DNA from: a virus
Taxonomy: Duplodnaviria > Caudoviricetes
IMG/VR virus record: IMGVR_UViG_3300022666_000082
Span: 1-40,864 of that record
Length of the DNA stretch: 40,864 bases
Reading direction: 5' to 3' (one strand)
Shown: piece after piece, positions 16,401 to 24,842 of the stretch
Numbering within the stretch: position 1 is the first letter of the stretch
Layout: the number at the start of each line of letters is the position of its first letter
The notes under the pieces: generated by a model
Database searches by the model: none
What the model was told of the DNA's origin: nothing
The model's input: the letters and a program-made list of their open reading frames with translations, nothing else
Program-made: the position numbers and the translations under genes

Positions 16401-16428
16401 CTGGGGCTTAGATGAGGAGATCGACTAA
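13405..16428 (+). CDS. Primase-helicase fusion (Zn finger + DnaG-type TOPRIM + P-loop NTPase)
   Basis: CPICGHNDC...CYSCG zinc finger; LVEGQED and FDNDQAG TOPRIM motifs; GPPGTGKS Walker A; WIEEF Walker B. Confidence 0.9.
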   Translation: MGDALNNIKQIDLLSHINGKTERAGRATRINPCPICGHNDCFTVFESNTFKCYSCGAQGSIIDFEIAMGKADSVGTAIETLSQQYNIARETKQGYKSAKQATLEQIYNLSAEWYHQQLLNSKICMDHMLNTRKRSRETLIKEKIGFAAGKYSNGLHQYLSGQKIPLEDQLASGMVCKNDQGKVYDFFNGDRIIYPSFVRSQVCYFSTKPINKGDKVYNLQYEYRLKNCLFYGNDALGQPSWILVEGQEDRNSLVDLGYTNVICILGGLGDDQIAALAERSEVKDGIDRKDVYLCFDNDQAGEKYSRKLIAALSGTANVSICELGEFKDIDQLITKTEKPEAAVREVLRKSVDPVSWLIDRLPEDEQNPSKIAAALQPIIEVITSEPDDMIKGMYTEILKERLNAKSEFAKAIIRKIKLKSEDNGEEADEDEKYGLSVSRYGTQYIKRTKDSKKVISNFVMNIVRYIEDEDVRYYEVTLHTAIGCSRPIILSNEQRTNSTKFDAALAAVGPYYFSGPLNDLKEVWQLEEDRAAIKSYTCRFNRFGWIKEHDVWLFQNCAYKNGKLYTPEADQEVIVIDGVGYQSKNVRVFGGDLPTIDIEGTPTWQYVHTIIDRVWQMWDADERGRTISFRGYLAMGLLASSVYLPEIVAKENKFPYILAYGPPGTGKSEAMQFIMNMWGFRNGGENWGEATAAGISMAMEQLSCIPYWIEEFANASGQNTSQDKKIDIIKNIYNRVSSGKGGLQGRTVRQVNASLFLTGQDRPENQAFLSRCVVLRKERPTEKGSQGYYLLKSEGKKLTHVVRWLIENKTKENIAAYWQAYDQLMSELPKAVKAKIGDYNPRTIVNYSIIAAGFSLYGFRPDHDNDFLKWLADECISDMRRKQAEDIVYRFFYDLGVIFKDNPYEVFAMKTGKILYMHYGAAYNSWRVNGNKTSMPETLSRGGLLDYMRHAPEGYYIEPNESGASDRVYIGRGSHRKQQRAVGIRVDRLPENIRKEIEGWGLDEEID

Positions 16429-16868
16429 TGGCATTTAAATTTGATCCACAAAACAATCTGACAGATAGCGAGGCAGAGATCCAGAAGCGGTTTGAAGCTA
16501 CGGATAAGCTGATCAAGGGAACATTCCGAACGTATTATCATGAGATCGAGCCTCAAAGGCTGACCGCGCTTTGGAATAAGGTCTTGGATGCGGACAAGGC
16601 ATTCTCGCCTACCGGAGAGGCGGAGAAGATCACCGAGGCTTTTGATGCGTTTTTAGCTGAGATCAATGCCGATCTGGAGCGGGTAGGCGGGAACGTCACA
16701 GACATCCAGATCAAGCAGATCCATGCTACACAGAGCAAGCAGCGGATCGATGAGCAACGATACCGGGCTGAGCTGGAGAAGCTGGGGGCTGCGTCATCCA
16801 AAGAACTGAAGTTTTACGAAGCTAAGATCCTCATCGAGAGGCTCAAAAAAATAACGGGTGGTAGATAG
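16428..16868 (+). CDS. Hypothetical protein
   Basis: 146 aa, TAATG coupling, GAGGAG RBS. Confidence 0.75.
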   Translation: MAFKFDPQNNLTDSEAEIQKRFEATDKLIKGTFRTYYHEIEPQRLTALWNKVLDADKAFSPTGEAEKITEAFDAFLAEINADLERVGGNVTDIQIKQIHATQSKQRIDEQRYRAELEKLGAASSKELKFYEAKILIERLKKITGGR

Positions 16869-16872
16869 AACG

Positions 16873-17223
16873 ATGCGTTGTGAATTAGAGTTGCGTATAG
16901 CCTGGCTGGAACGGGCGTGTAATGGTAGGGAAGAGCGGGAGCGGAAGCGCAGTGACGGGATTTTGGCAGCTATTGCCAAGGACGTCGTTGGGTGGGAAAC
17001 CGTCGTTACCTACTCCAAGATATCGATGCCGGAGAACGCTCCGGAAGCGAGCAAAAAAATCAGCGTGGTTTACCGGCACGACAGCGAGCATGACGCGGAT
17101 TTCTATGACCGCAACGATATGCCGATCCGGCTATCGCTTCGGGCTGATGAATACTGGCAGGTTTGCCGCGCGATCATCAAATGGTACCGGGCAAAATCAC
17201 GTAAATGGAAAATGGGGGTTTGA
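16873..17223 (+). CDS. Hypothetical protein
   Basis: ORF in the operon; ATG at 16873 chosen as start. Confidence 0.65.
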   Translation: MRCELELRIAWLERACNGREERERKRSDGILAAIAKDVVGWETVVTYSKISMPENAPEASKKISVVYRHDSEHDADFYDRNDMPIRLSLRADEYWQVCRAIIKWYRAKSRKWKMGV

Positions 17224-17224
17224 A

Positions 17225-17764
17225 ATGAAACCACAGATCATCGTAGTACCATCGACTGACTATATCAAGATCGAGACGATCAAAAAAATGGTAGTCTTGC
17301 ACTACACCGCGGGGATGTTCCCGGGCTATGAGGCATCGCTAAACATCCGAGACTACGTTAACGTCCATTACTCGATCCGCAGAAACGGGCAGATCCGCAG
17401 CTACTTTGCTGAAAAGTACTACTCGTACCACACCGGGACGACCAAAAAACACGCGATGGAATCGATTGGGATAGAGATCGAGTGTTGGGGTCACCTGGAT
17501 AGGCTCGGCAACGCATTGAAGACCTGGACGGGTAAAACTGTGCCATGGACTGAAGTGGTCAAATGCGAGGAGTTTCGCAACTACATCTACTGGCATGGGC
17601 TGACCCCTGAACAATACGCGGCTCTGGACTGGCTCTTGCCAGACATCAGAACCCGGAACCCGATCGAGATCCAGACCACGCATGCCGTCCTGAACCAGTA
17701 CAAACTCGACTTTCCCCCCAGCTATCCGGGCATGGATAAATACATGATGGGGAAGGTACTGTAA
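17225..17764 (+). CDS. N-acetylmuramoyl-L-alanine amidase (Amidase_2 type), probable endolysin
   Basis: VVLHYTAG, VHYSI...GQI, YHTG, SIGIEIE, TPEQY.AL and THA motifs; start at ATG 17225, not 16922. Confidence 0.85.
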   Translation: MKPQIIVVPSTDYIKIETIKKMVVLHYTAGMFPGYEASLNIRDYVNVHYSIRRNGQIRSYFAEKYYSYHTGTTKKHAMESIGIEIECWGHLDRLGNALKTWTGKTVPWTEVVKCEEFRNYIYWHGLTPEQYAALDWLLPDIRTRNPIEIQTTHAVLNQYKLDFPPSYPGMDKYMMGKVL

Positions 17765-17877
17765 ATGATACATAGTGTGAAGCCACAACGTGATATAAGG
17801 CTCTTTAACGTGGCACCTGAAGCAAAGGGTATTAAAGAGCCGTTTATCAAAAATACAACGAATAAAAGGGGATACAC

Positions 17878-18357
17878 ATGGAACAAAAACGTGAATCTGA
17901 GCTGACTATATGCCCCCGGTGCGGAACACCGGCTATGGAGCGGGATATAGTGAGCTATTTGGACAGAGGCGAGATGTGCCGCAGATGCCTGGGGCTGATC
18001 CGCAAGAAAGAGAATACCGGAGAGCTCAAGAAGAGCCTTCTTCCTGAGGTCTATGCCGAGCAGGTGCGCGAGAAAATGCGCCAGCTCTGCAGTCACAAGT
18101 ACTGTAAGCGGTGCTATGGGCGTGGGTACGTCGGGATGAATGATAACAACCTGGTGATCACCTGCGACAAATGCGTTGATCAGGGAGCTGCTTATCTGTG
18201 GTTCAGGAGCTTTGTGCGAGAGCATGAGGATCTGCATGAGATGTTCCCGTGGGCATTGGCTGACGCAAAGGCTGAGGATGTGGATGCTGATGCTTTGGCG
18301 AAACACAGAGACGCAGAAGATCAGAGACCCAGAGAGGTGCATGAGGGGGAGGAGTAG
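17878..18357 (+). CDS. Multi-CxxC zinc-finger protein
   Basis: CPRC, CRRC, CKRCYGRG and CDKC. Confidence 0.75.
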   Translation: MEQKRESELTICPRCGTPAMERDIVSYLDRGEMCRRCLGLIRKKENTGELKKSLLPEVYAEQVREKMRQLCSHKYCKRCYGRGYVGMNDNNLVITCDKCVDQGAAYLWFRSFVREHEDLHEMFPWALADAKAEDVDADALAKHRDAEDQRPREVHEGEE

Positions 18358-18672
18358 ATGGCAGCTTCAAAGAAAAAGCTGGGGATATCACCATTCTCCG
18401 GGCACATATACTTCGGAACAGTCGGGATCGACAAAGACGGTATGGAATACTGGAAGACCAAAGACGACGTTTCTAAAAGCGATTTTATATTCACTATGCT
18501 GGAGTTTATCAAGCATAACGAGATAGAGCCAGGCGTCATGAACATTACGGTCAATGGGCAAATCAAAAAGCAGATTCGGGTATTAGAAGTTTCGGAAGAG
18601 AAGCAGACAGACACTCCCAAGGCAGAGGAGCAGGATCTCAACTACTATGATCAGCAGGATGGTGGGAAATGA
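18358..18672 (+). CDS. Hypothetical protein
   Basis: GGAGGAG RBS; 104 aa. Confidence 0.75.
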   Translation: MAASKKKLGISPFSGHIYFGTVGIDKDGMEYWKTKDDVSKSDFIFTMLEFIKHNEIEPGVMNITVNGQIKKQIRVLEVSEEKQTDTPKAEEQDLNYYDQQDGGK

Positions 18673-18830
18673 AGATCTACACTGCGGCATTAATAGCAAT
18701 ATTGATAATAGCACTAACCGCCATCATCAAAATCAATAACCACACAGCAATTGCTTTTATATCCATCATTGCCATGATAACAGCATGGGCGTGTCACGAG
18801 GGGGCAAAGCATAAGGACGGTGGGAAATGA
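18669..18830 (+). CDS. Small two-TM protein, 53 aa (not in ORF track)
   Basis: MKIYTAALIAILIIALTAIIKINNHTAIAFISIIAMITAWACHEGAKHKDGGK; ATGA overlaps at both ends. Confidence 0.65.
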   Translation: MKIYTAALIAILIIALTAIIKINNHTAIAFISIIAMITAWACHEGAKHKDGGK

Positions 18831-18961
18831 TAGTCGTGACTATAGCATTCCTGATCCTGCTGCCATTCGCGGTGGAAGAGCTGCGGCAAATACGCATGAA
18901 CCGATACATCCGGACTGTGACGCACCGATGCACGTGGGCTATTAAAGGATCGAAATCATGA
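18827..18961 (+). CDS. Small membrane-anchored protein, 44 aa (not in ORF track)
   Basis: MIVVTIAFLILLPFAVEELRQ...; ATGA overlaps at both ends. Confidence 0.6.
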   Translation: MIVVTIAFLILLPFAVEELRQIRMNRYIRTVTHRCTWAIKGSKS

Positions 18962-19233
18962 ACTGGGATCTGGTGATCTGGGTGCTGGCAATTGCCGGAA
19001 TCGCCTCGCTCATGACGTATGTGATCCACCGGGCTGTGACCGGGCAGGGGCGCACATTCGAGAGAATGGCGTGTCCTTATTGTGGGAAAACTAACCTGGT
19101 CGATACCACCGGGGTGGTCGATGAGTATAGGAATCCGCAGCATACGTGTAAGCGTTGCAGGCGGGTATTTCAGGTGATTGCGACAATCACCTTTGGACTG
19201 AACGATATAATCAACAAAAATAAAAGGGGATAA
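18958..19233 (+). CDS. Membrane-anchored zinc-ribbon protein
   Basis: N-terminal TM; CPYC...CKRC. Confidence 0.7.
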   Translation: MNWDLVIWVLAIAGIASLMTYVIHRAVTGQGRTFERMACPYCGKTNLVDTTGVVDEYRNPQHTCKRCRRVFQVIATITFGLNDIINKNKRG

Positions 19234-19235
19234 TC

Positions 19236-19817
19236 ATGATTGGAGAACACTACCTAATCTGCATTGTGCACGATCCGGCTGAAATACAGGCTGAGATTAA
19301 TAAGCACGCCGAAGTATATGACCGAATGGTCAATGACGTATTGTCAGTGGCTCAGGGGCTGGTCGAGGATGATCTGCAGTTCTTTACTGACCTAACGAGA
19401 TCTATTTGGTTTGAAGGATGCAAGAAACTTCCGACAAACCCGGGATGGAAAAAATCCAGGAATTTGTATCGTCCGGATAAGCGGATCAAGGACGGGAAGC
19501 TGATCGCTAAGTTTATCGAGGGCGTAAATAAGATCCCTACAATATCAAAATTCTGGGCAGACATGCATGATCTGTATAAACATATTTACGTAATTCCAGA
19601 GCCCGGTAAGCTGCGAGAAGTATATACGTTGCTTCTCTGTACTGAAGAGAGAGACACCTTTGCTATACTCTACCCGCACACGGAGAAAGACCCGGCATCT
19701 GATGAAGTTCGCGCGAAGCTCGAGGCTTATGGGGAGCTGATCAGCTATGGGACGTTTTATGACAACTACCGGGACAGCATACGGTATAATGTGGCGGCAA
19801 AACATGAGCAAGGTTAA
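19236..19817 (+). CDS. Hypothetical protein
   Basis: 193-aa ORF with AGGGG RBS. Confidence 0.75.
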   Translation: MIGEHYLICIVHDPAEIQAEINKHAEVYDRMVNDVLSVAQGLVEDDLQFFTDLTRSIWFEGCKKLPTNPGWKKSRNLYRPDKRIKDGKLIAKFIEGVNKIPTISKFWADMHDLYKHIYVIPEPGKLREVYTLLLCTEERDTFAILYPHTEKDPASDEVRAKLEAYGELISYGTFYDNYRDSIRYNVAAKHEQG

Positions 19818-20004
19818 GACTAAGTGTGCCGGCGGGATCTGCTCATTCTTTATGGCGAGCATCACGATGAAAGACCGGGGCGAGCGGGTGACCATGCACA
19901 ATTACTGCAACCGCACCGGGATGAGCTTGGAACAGATGGCAAAAAAGCAGATGATCTGTCCGAAGCGCGGCATAGTCGTTCATTACAGCAGGGGGCTGCG
20001 ATGA
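19804..20004 (+). CDS. Small Cys-rich protein
   Basis: MSKVKTKCAGGICSFF...YCNR...ICPK; ATGA overlap with the next gene. Confidence 0.6.
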   Translation: MSKVKTKCAGGICSFFMASITMKDRGERVTMHNYCNRTGMSLEQMAKKQMICPKRGIVVHYSRGLR

Positions 20005-20321
20005 CTATAATAGAAAAGTGCCCAGTGTGTGGACTGCAAGCCGGATCTAAGAAATATCCTAAAGCGTTTGATCCGGTAATGGCGTCAAAGAGCGTTTACT
20101 TACGGAATCCGCACAGCATCGGTATAGAGATTAAGTGCCCAGTTTGTTGTCACTCTGCCCAGGTGATTGCTAATGATATCCTGCCGTTACCTATTTCTGA
20201 CTCATTAGTGATGATGGGTGCGCTTGCCGCGATTGCGAAAGTGGCATTTATTAACATTAATGGCGAGAGGGTCGTTCGGATCATTTCAAATGTCGATGAA
20301 ACTAAGGGGGCTGAATCATGA
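20001..20321 (+). CDS. Zinc-ribbon protein
   Basis: CPVC...CPVC; start at ATG 20001. Confidence 0.65.
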   Translation: MTIIEKCPVCGLQAGSKKYPKAFDPVMASKSVYLRNPHSIGIEIKCPVCCHSAQVIANDILPLPISDSLVMMGALAAIAKVAFININGERVVRIISNVDETKGAES

Positions 20322-20989
20322 TGCTATTCAAACCTGAGTACGTCGAGCCGATCCTAAGCGGGGAAAAGACCAACACCAGGCTGATGCGAAAGCAGTGGAA
20401 AGTCGGATCGTTTCAGCAGTGCCGGGTGAACTATCAGACGGAGCCATTTGCCTACGTCTATATCACCGGGTGGATACTGGAGAAATGGGATGACCTGACT
20501 GAAGAGTACTTGGCAAAGCAGGGAATTGAGTCTAAACAGCAGTATCTGGATACCTACACAAGATTCTTCCCAGAATACTATGGGGAGCTGCATCTTTATA
20601 CGTTCGTGGTTGTGACCAAGGAAGAGTATGAGCAGAAGCGAAGAGTCTTTTTCCATCCTGAAGTGGGGGACAAGGTCAAGGTCAAGTGCGACATTCAAGT
20701 TCCAGGGATGCCTACCGCTTATCGACTGTTCAATGGTAATGACGAGACCGCTACCTATAAGGTGACGCAAATTAAAAACCTGATGCATGGGGTAAGAGTT
20801 GCGTGGTTAGAGGGCGTTTCCGGTTGCTTTAACATCAACTTCTTGGAAGGACAGTATCACAAGTTTACGGATGACGAGACTCCCCTGGCTAAACACCTGA
20901 TGGATGAGTTTACCGCAAAGCTAAACGATCCGAACGACAGCACTCTGCGCGATGCGGTCAAGAAGGGTTTGTCTGAGAGGAAGCTATGA
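20318..20989 (+). CDS. ASCH-domain protein with C-terminal extension
   Basis: F..EY.EPILSGEKTNTR..R..WKVG ASCH signature. Confidence 0.8.
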   Translation: MMLFKPEYVEPILSGEKTNTRLMRKQWKVGSFQQCRVNYQTEPFAYVYITGWILEKWDDLTEEYLAKQGIESKQQYLDTYTRFFPEYYGELHLYTFVVVTKEEYEQKRRVFFHPEVGDKVKVKCDIQVPGMPTAYRLFNGNDETATYKVTQIKNLMHGVRVAWLEGVSGCFNINFLEGQYHKFTDDETPLAKHLMDEFTAKLNDPNDSTLRDAVKKGLSERKL

Positions 20990-21330
20990 GAAGCAACAAG
21001 AACAATGCCATCAACACGCTGGATCATCGGCTATTGGTGATGGGCTTTTCGCATCCGGACAGCACCAAGAAAAACACTTATGTGCACCGGTGCGGGGACA
21101 AGCTTGAGCATCGAGTCGGTGAATTTGGCAGAGGATGGTACTGGTACCGCTGGAACCTGGAATATACGTTTTGGCATTACATGAAGAAGTCTGCAGTGAA
21201 GGCTATGGAAGCGACCGGGAGATATGCCGCTGAGGCGAGGATCACGCTATTTGAACCGCCTGTGGACAACTGCCGTAAGTCCGATGAACGACCGGCTGAA
21301 GCCAGTGTTACGAGGTTTCCATGCCTATAG
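20986..21330 (+). CDS. Hypothetical protein
   Basis: ATGA coupling; 114 aa. Confidence 0.6.
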   Translation: MRSNKNNAINTLDHRLLVMGFSHPDSTKKNTYVHRCGDKLEHRVGEFGRGWYWYRWNLEYTFWHYMKKSAVKAMEATGRYAAEARITLFEPPVDNCRKSDERPAEASVTRFPCL

Positions 21331-21653
21331 ACTATGAACTGTATGGACGGGAATACGTGGTGCTGTCCCGGCAACTGCGGACGTTTGGAAAGTGCGCTAA
21401 TTGTGGAGCGGAGAACAACGTGGATCATCCGGATACCGGGTCCAAGGTTGTGCTTACAGTGCATCATCTGGACTGTGATATTCATAACAATCAGATCCTG
21501 AATTTGGCACCGCTCTGTCAGCGGTGCCATCTTGGGATACATCATGGGCGGGTGACGGATCTGAAGCTCAGCAAGGAGTACCGGACGTGGCTGGATGAGC
21601 AACTGGAGTTTGCTATTTATGTGGCTAAGCCGATGCGGGAGGTGGAGAAATGA
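21321..21653 (+). CDS. HNH endonuclease
   Basis: CANCG...LTVHHLD.D..NN...NL..LCQRCH. Confidence 0.88.
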   Translation: MPIDYELYGREYVVLSRQLRTFGKCANCGAENNVDHPDTGSKVVLTVHHLDCDIHNNQILNLAPLCQRCHLGIHHGRVTDLKLSKEYRTWLDEQLEFAIYVAKPMREVEK

Positions 21654-21868
21654 CTGAGCTTAACGACTTGCTGAATGAGATCAAGCGGTGTATTGAAGGC
21701 TATGGCAAGGATCTGCCACTCACCTATCTTGTGATCGGTGGTGTGGCGCATTCGCTCAAGCAGAAGCCAAAGATCAAGGTTGATAAGCATGGTCGAGGAT
21801 CGACCAGGGAATATGATCTGAAGATCTACTGGCATGACGATATGGACAAGACGGGGATTGGATCATGA
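21650..21868 (+). CDS. Hypothetical protein
   Basis: GGAGG RBS; ATGA overlap. Confidence 0.7.
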   Translation: MTELNDLLNEIKRCIEGYGKDLPLTYLVIGGVAHSLKQKPKIKVDKHGRGSTREYDLKIYWHDDMDKTGIGS

Positions 21869-22026
21869 CGCGACATCGAGCAATGAGGGAAAAATCTGTA
21901 AAGAGTTACCTGTGCAAGCACTCCTGCTACCATATTTGTATGCACGAGAAGATGGCGTTACCTTACCGGAGACCGGAGTGCGTGGGACAGGATAAGTGCT
22001 CCCTGTTTGAGGGGAGGGAGAGATGA
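21865..22026 (+). CDS. Small Cys-rich protein, 53 aa (not in ORF track)
   Basis: MTRHRAMREKSVKSYLCKHSCYHICMHEKMALPYRRPECVGQDKCSLFEGRER; ATGA overlaps at both ends. Confidence 0.55.
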   Translation: MTRHRAMREKSVKSYLCKHSCYHICMHEKMALPYRRPECVGQDKCSLFEGRER

Positions 22027-22298
22027 TCCAACTGTATAATCAGCAGATCGAGCGGTTCCGGCTGGGAGAATGCAACCGCTTTCGCGCGAGCGGGAAGGTG
22101 CACTGGAAGCTGAATTCGTATCACAAGGTGAAGTCTGATATCTACGGATCGGCAAAGGCGCATGCAAAGATCGTGCGGATTGAACCGGCAAGCGATAACG
22201 ATGTGATCCTTTTTCTGGAGAAGGTGACGGTGTTTGAGTATCTCAAGGCGAGGCGTCCGGGGTGGGAAGAAATAAAGAGAGTGAAGAGTGGAGAGTGA
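22023..22298 (+). CDS. Hypothetical protein
   Basis: GGAGGG RBS; 91 aa. Confidence 0.65.
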   Translation: MIQLYNQQIERFRLGECNRFRASGKVHWKLNSYHKVKSDIYGSAKAHAKIVRIEPASDNDVILFLEKVTVFEYLKARRPGWEEIKRVKSGE

Positions 22299-22347
22299 AG
22301 AGTGAATAGTGGGGAAAGAAGAGTGAAGAAAGAAGAAAGAAGAAAGA
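22278..22347 (+). repeat. Heptamer tandem repeat (AGAGTGA/AGAAAGA family)
   Basis: 5 units at 22278-22312 plus 4 units at 22320-22347 abutting ATG 22348. Confidence 0.85.
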
Positions 22348-23262
22348 ATGGCTGACATCCTGCTGATCAACATGGACAAGACAACGTATCCGAATTTGGC
22401 GTTGGAAAAGATCCGCATCTTCCATGAGAATAGGGGAGACGTGGTGCACCGAGATCTGCCGATCATGGCGGGGACGGTTAGCCGGATTTACGTGAGCGTA
22501 GTGTTTACAGATAACGCTCAAGAGGCTGAAGACTGGATGTTTTGGGATTCAGATAAGTGCCGGGTTGACATTGGCGGTACCGGATACGATATCAAGAAAC
22601 GTCTTCCGGAAGAGATAGAGAGTATTGTGCCCAGGATAAACTACGGATTCGTGACAAGGGGATGCAACCGGAGCTGTGCCTTTTGCGTTGTTCATGAAAA
22701 AGAAGGCGAGGTAAAGCAGGTGGCGAGCCTTGAAGAAATATGGGACGGGAAGGCACGGGACGTTCAGCTTATGGACAACAACGTTTTATTTGATCGAGAT
22801 GCTTTTCTGCAAACCTGCCTTTATGCTCAGAAACACAAGATCCGAATCGACTGGAACCAGGGACTTGATCATCGGCTGTTGGATGATGAGATCTGTGAGA
22901 TATTGGCGAGAACACCACACAAGCGATATCGGTTTGCGTTCGATGACAGTTCGCAGTATGGCAGTGTCGAAAAAGCGATCAATCTCCTGGATAAATATCA
23001 GATCCACTTTAGCACCTGGTACGTATTAGCCGGGTATGGTATGGGCGCAGACGCGGACAAGATCGAGACATTATTCCGGGACGCATTGGCAAGATGCTAC
23101 TATTTGAAGGGTCGAAATCAACGAGCATACGTCATGCGATATGGTGACAGCCGATACCGCAGAGAGTATATCCGACTGGCACAATGGACAGCGATGAGCC
23201 GGTTCTTTGCTAAGTTCAGCTATGATGAGTTTTGCAGAATAAAGATGGGGGAAACGATATGA
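22348..23262 (+). CDS. Radical SAM protein
   Basis: TRGCNRSCAFC (CxxxCxxC); NLALEKI, LMDNN and DWNQGLD.RL motifs. Confidence 0.88.
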   Translation: MADILLINMDKTTYPNLALEKIRIFHENRGDVVHRDLPIMAGTVSRIYVSVVFTDNAQEAEDWMFWDSDKCRVDIGGTGYDIKKRLPEEIESIVPRINYGFVTRGCNRSCAFCVVHEKEGEVKQVASLEEIWDGKARDVQLMDNNVLFDRDAFLQTCLYAQKHKIRIDWNQGLDHRLLDDEICEILARTPHKRYRFAFDDSSQYGSVEKAINLLDKYQIHFSTWYVLAGYGMGADADKIETLFRDALARCYYLKGRNQRAYVMRYGDSRYRREYIRLAQWTAMSRFFAKFSYDEFCRIKMGETI

Positions 23263-24842
23263 CGATGTTTGTAGCATCACCGGCAGAGCAGAGGATAGTT
23301 AAATACCGCACGGATGATCCGGATATGGTGACAGCCATGTGTATAATGTACTGCCGGGATATACTGGACTGGATGCCTAAGCTGCATCAGATTTACTGGA
23401 TGGACGAGATGCTGCACCATGAGCTGACGCTCTTGTGTTCGGTTCCCAGGGGCGGGAAAACGATGTGCACGGAGGCAGTCGATATCTATGAGACCTGTAT
23501 GTATCCGGGCGAGGACCTAAGGATTTACGCTCCCAAACTCGACCAGTGCAGAGAAACGCTCAAATATCACTACGATTGGATCGATGGGTCGCAGATCCTC
23601 AAAGCCTTTTTACGCAAGCGCAACGGGAAGCCTGTCTTTTCGAGTGAGACCTATGAATTCATGAACCGATCCAACGCCAAGTGCTATACCATCATGGGGA
23701 AGATGGAAGGGCACAACACGTCTATCGCGCGGGTCGAGGAGTTCGACGACTGGACGTGGGAGAAATTTGGCGATGATATCATGCGCCGTATGGCAGCAGA
23801 GATCAAAAACAAGCGTGAGAAGCGGATCCGCATTACCGGCACGATCATGGGGCGGGAGAACATCTACCGGTTGCTCAAAGACCCGGTGCTTTCCACGATG
23901 TATAAGAACCTAATGCATCATCCTGTTTGGGGTATCATTGACGTTGACACGTTATTACAGATTCCCGGTGTGCTGAACAAGCAAATCGTCGAGACCCAAC
24001 GGGCGAGCATGAGCCCGGACGAGTGGAAGCGGTCTATGAAACTGCAGTTTGCCGAGTCCAAAAACTATATCTGGGGTAAGTACATCCGTGCGGGAATGAA
24101 GCGGAGCATGCTTTGGGGGCTTTACCCCGTTCCATACATCAGAGGAAACAGGTATGATAAGATGCCGGGTGAGACGGTCGGATGTGGGTTTGACTGCGGG
24201 CATGCCGGGCAGAAGAGCACATCATCGGTATTTTCGCTGCAAATTGTGGGCGAGTATAGCACCGGATTGAGAAAGTACCAGCGGTGGTTAAATGGGTTTA
24301 ACTGGGCACCGGACGTGGACCCGGTACTATTGCAGAACGAAGTCTGTGACATCCTCGAGTATTACCGGGTAGATGGGGGATACGGTGATGCGCTTAAACA
24401 CGATATCATCTCTGCGATCAACCGCATTGCCTACTATCGCGGGCTGACGCATAAGAATCTGGATGACTGTCCGGAGAACACTCCGGCAAATTGGGACAAA
24501 TGGTATATCTCGCCCATGTGGAACAACGACAAGGGCAAGCACGAGATGTACTCGCTCCTGCAGCACGGGATCCATACGGGAGATTTATCGTTGCCCTATG
24601 CCGATCCAAAGGATGATTGTCCGGAGGCGGTGGCGCTGAGACGGCTAACGGTGCAGCTGCAGGGAATCAGACAGACTATGACCAAGGGCAGCTATCCGGC
24701 ATATCATGCTGACAATGCCAATATCGGGGATGATGATACGGACGCATTGGGAATGTGCGTCCGGTGGCTAACAGTAAACAGTAACCAAAGAGTCAATTTC
24801 GACAACGTCAAAATGGTGGGAGGACGGACTTTTGCGTATTAG
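23259..24842 (+). CDS. terL: Terminase large subunit
   Basis: PRGGKT Walker A, RVEEFD Walker B, ITGT motif, GFDCG and DDDTDA nuclease residues; start at ATG 23259. Confidence 0.82.
   Translation: MTMFVASPAEQRIVKYRTDDPDMVTAMCIMYCRDILDWMPKLHQIYWMDEMLHHELTLLCSVPRGGKTMCTEAVDIYETCMYPGEDLRIYAPKLDQCRETLKYHYDWIDGSQILKAFLRKRNGKPVFSSETYEFMNRSNAKCYTIMGKMEGHNTSIARVEEFDDWTWEKFGDDIMRRMAAEIKNKREKRIRITGTIMGRENIYRLLKDPVLSTMYKNLMHHPVWGIIDVDTLLQIPGVLNKQIVETQRASMSPDEWKRSMKLQFAESKNYIWGKYIRAGMKRSMLWGLYPVPYIRGNRYDKMPGETVGCGFDCGHAGQKSTSSVFSLQIVGEYSTGLRKYQRWLNGFNWAPDVDPVLLQNEVCDILEYYRVDGGYGDALKHDIISAINRIAYYRGLTHKNLDDCPENTPANWDKWYISPMWNNDKGKHEMYSLLQHGIHTGDLSLPYADPKDDCPEAVALRRLTVQLQGIRQTMTKGSYPAYHADNANIGDDDTDALGMCVRWLTVNSNQRVNFDNVKMVGGRTFAY

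Noticed and set aside
16922-17224. N-terminal extension of the amidase in the ORF track
   Set aside because: Overlaps gene 16873-17223 in another frame; amidase motifs begin after ATG 17225.
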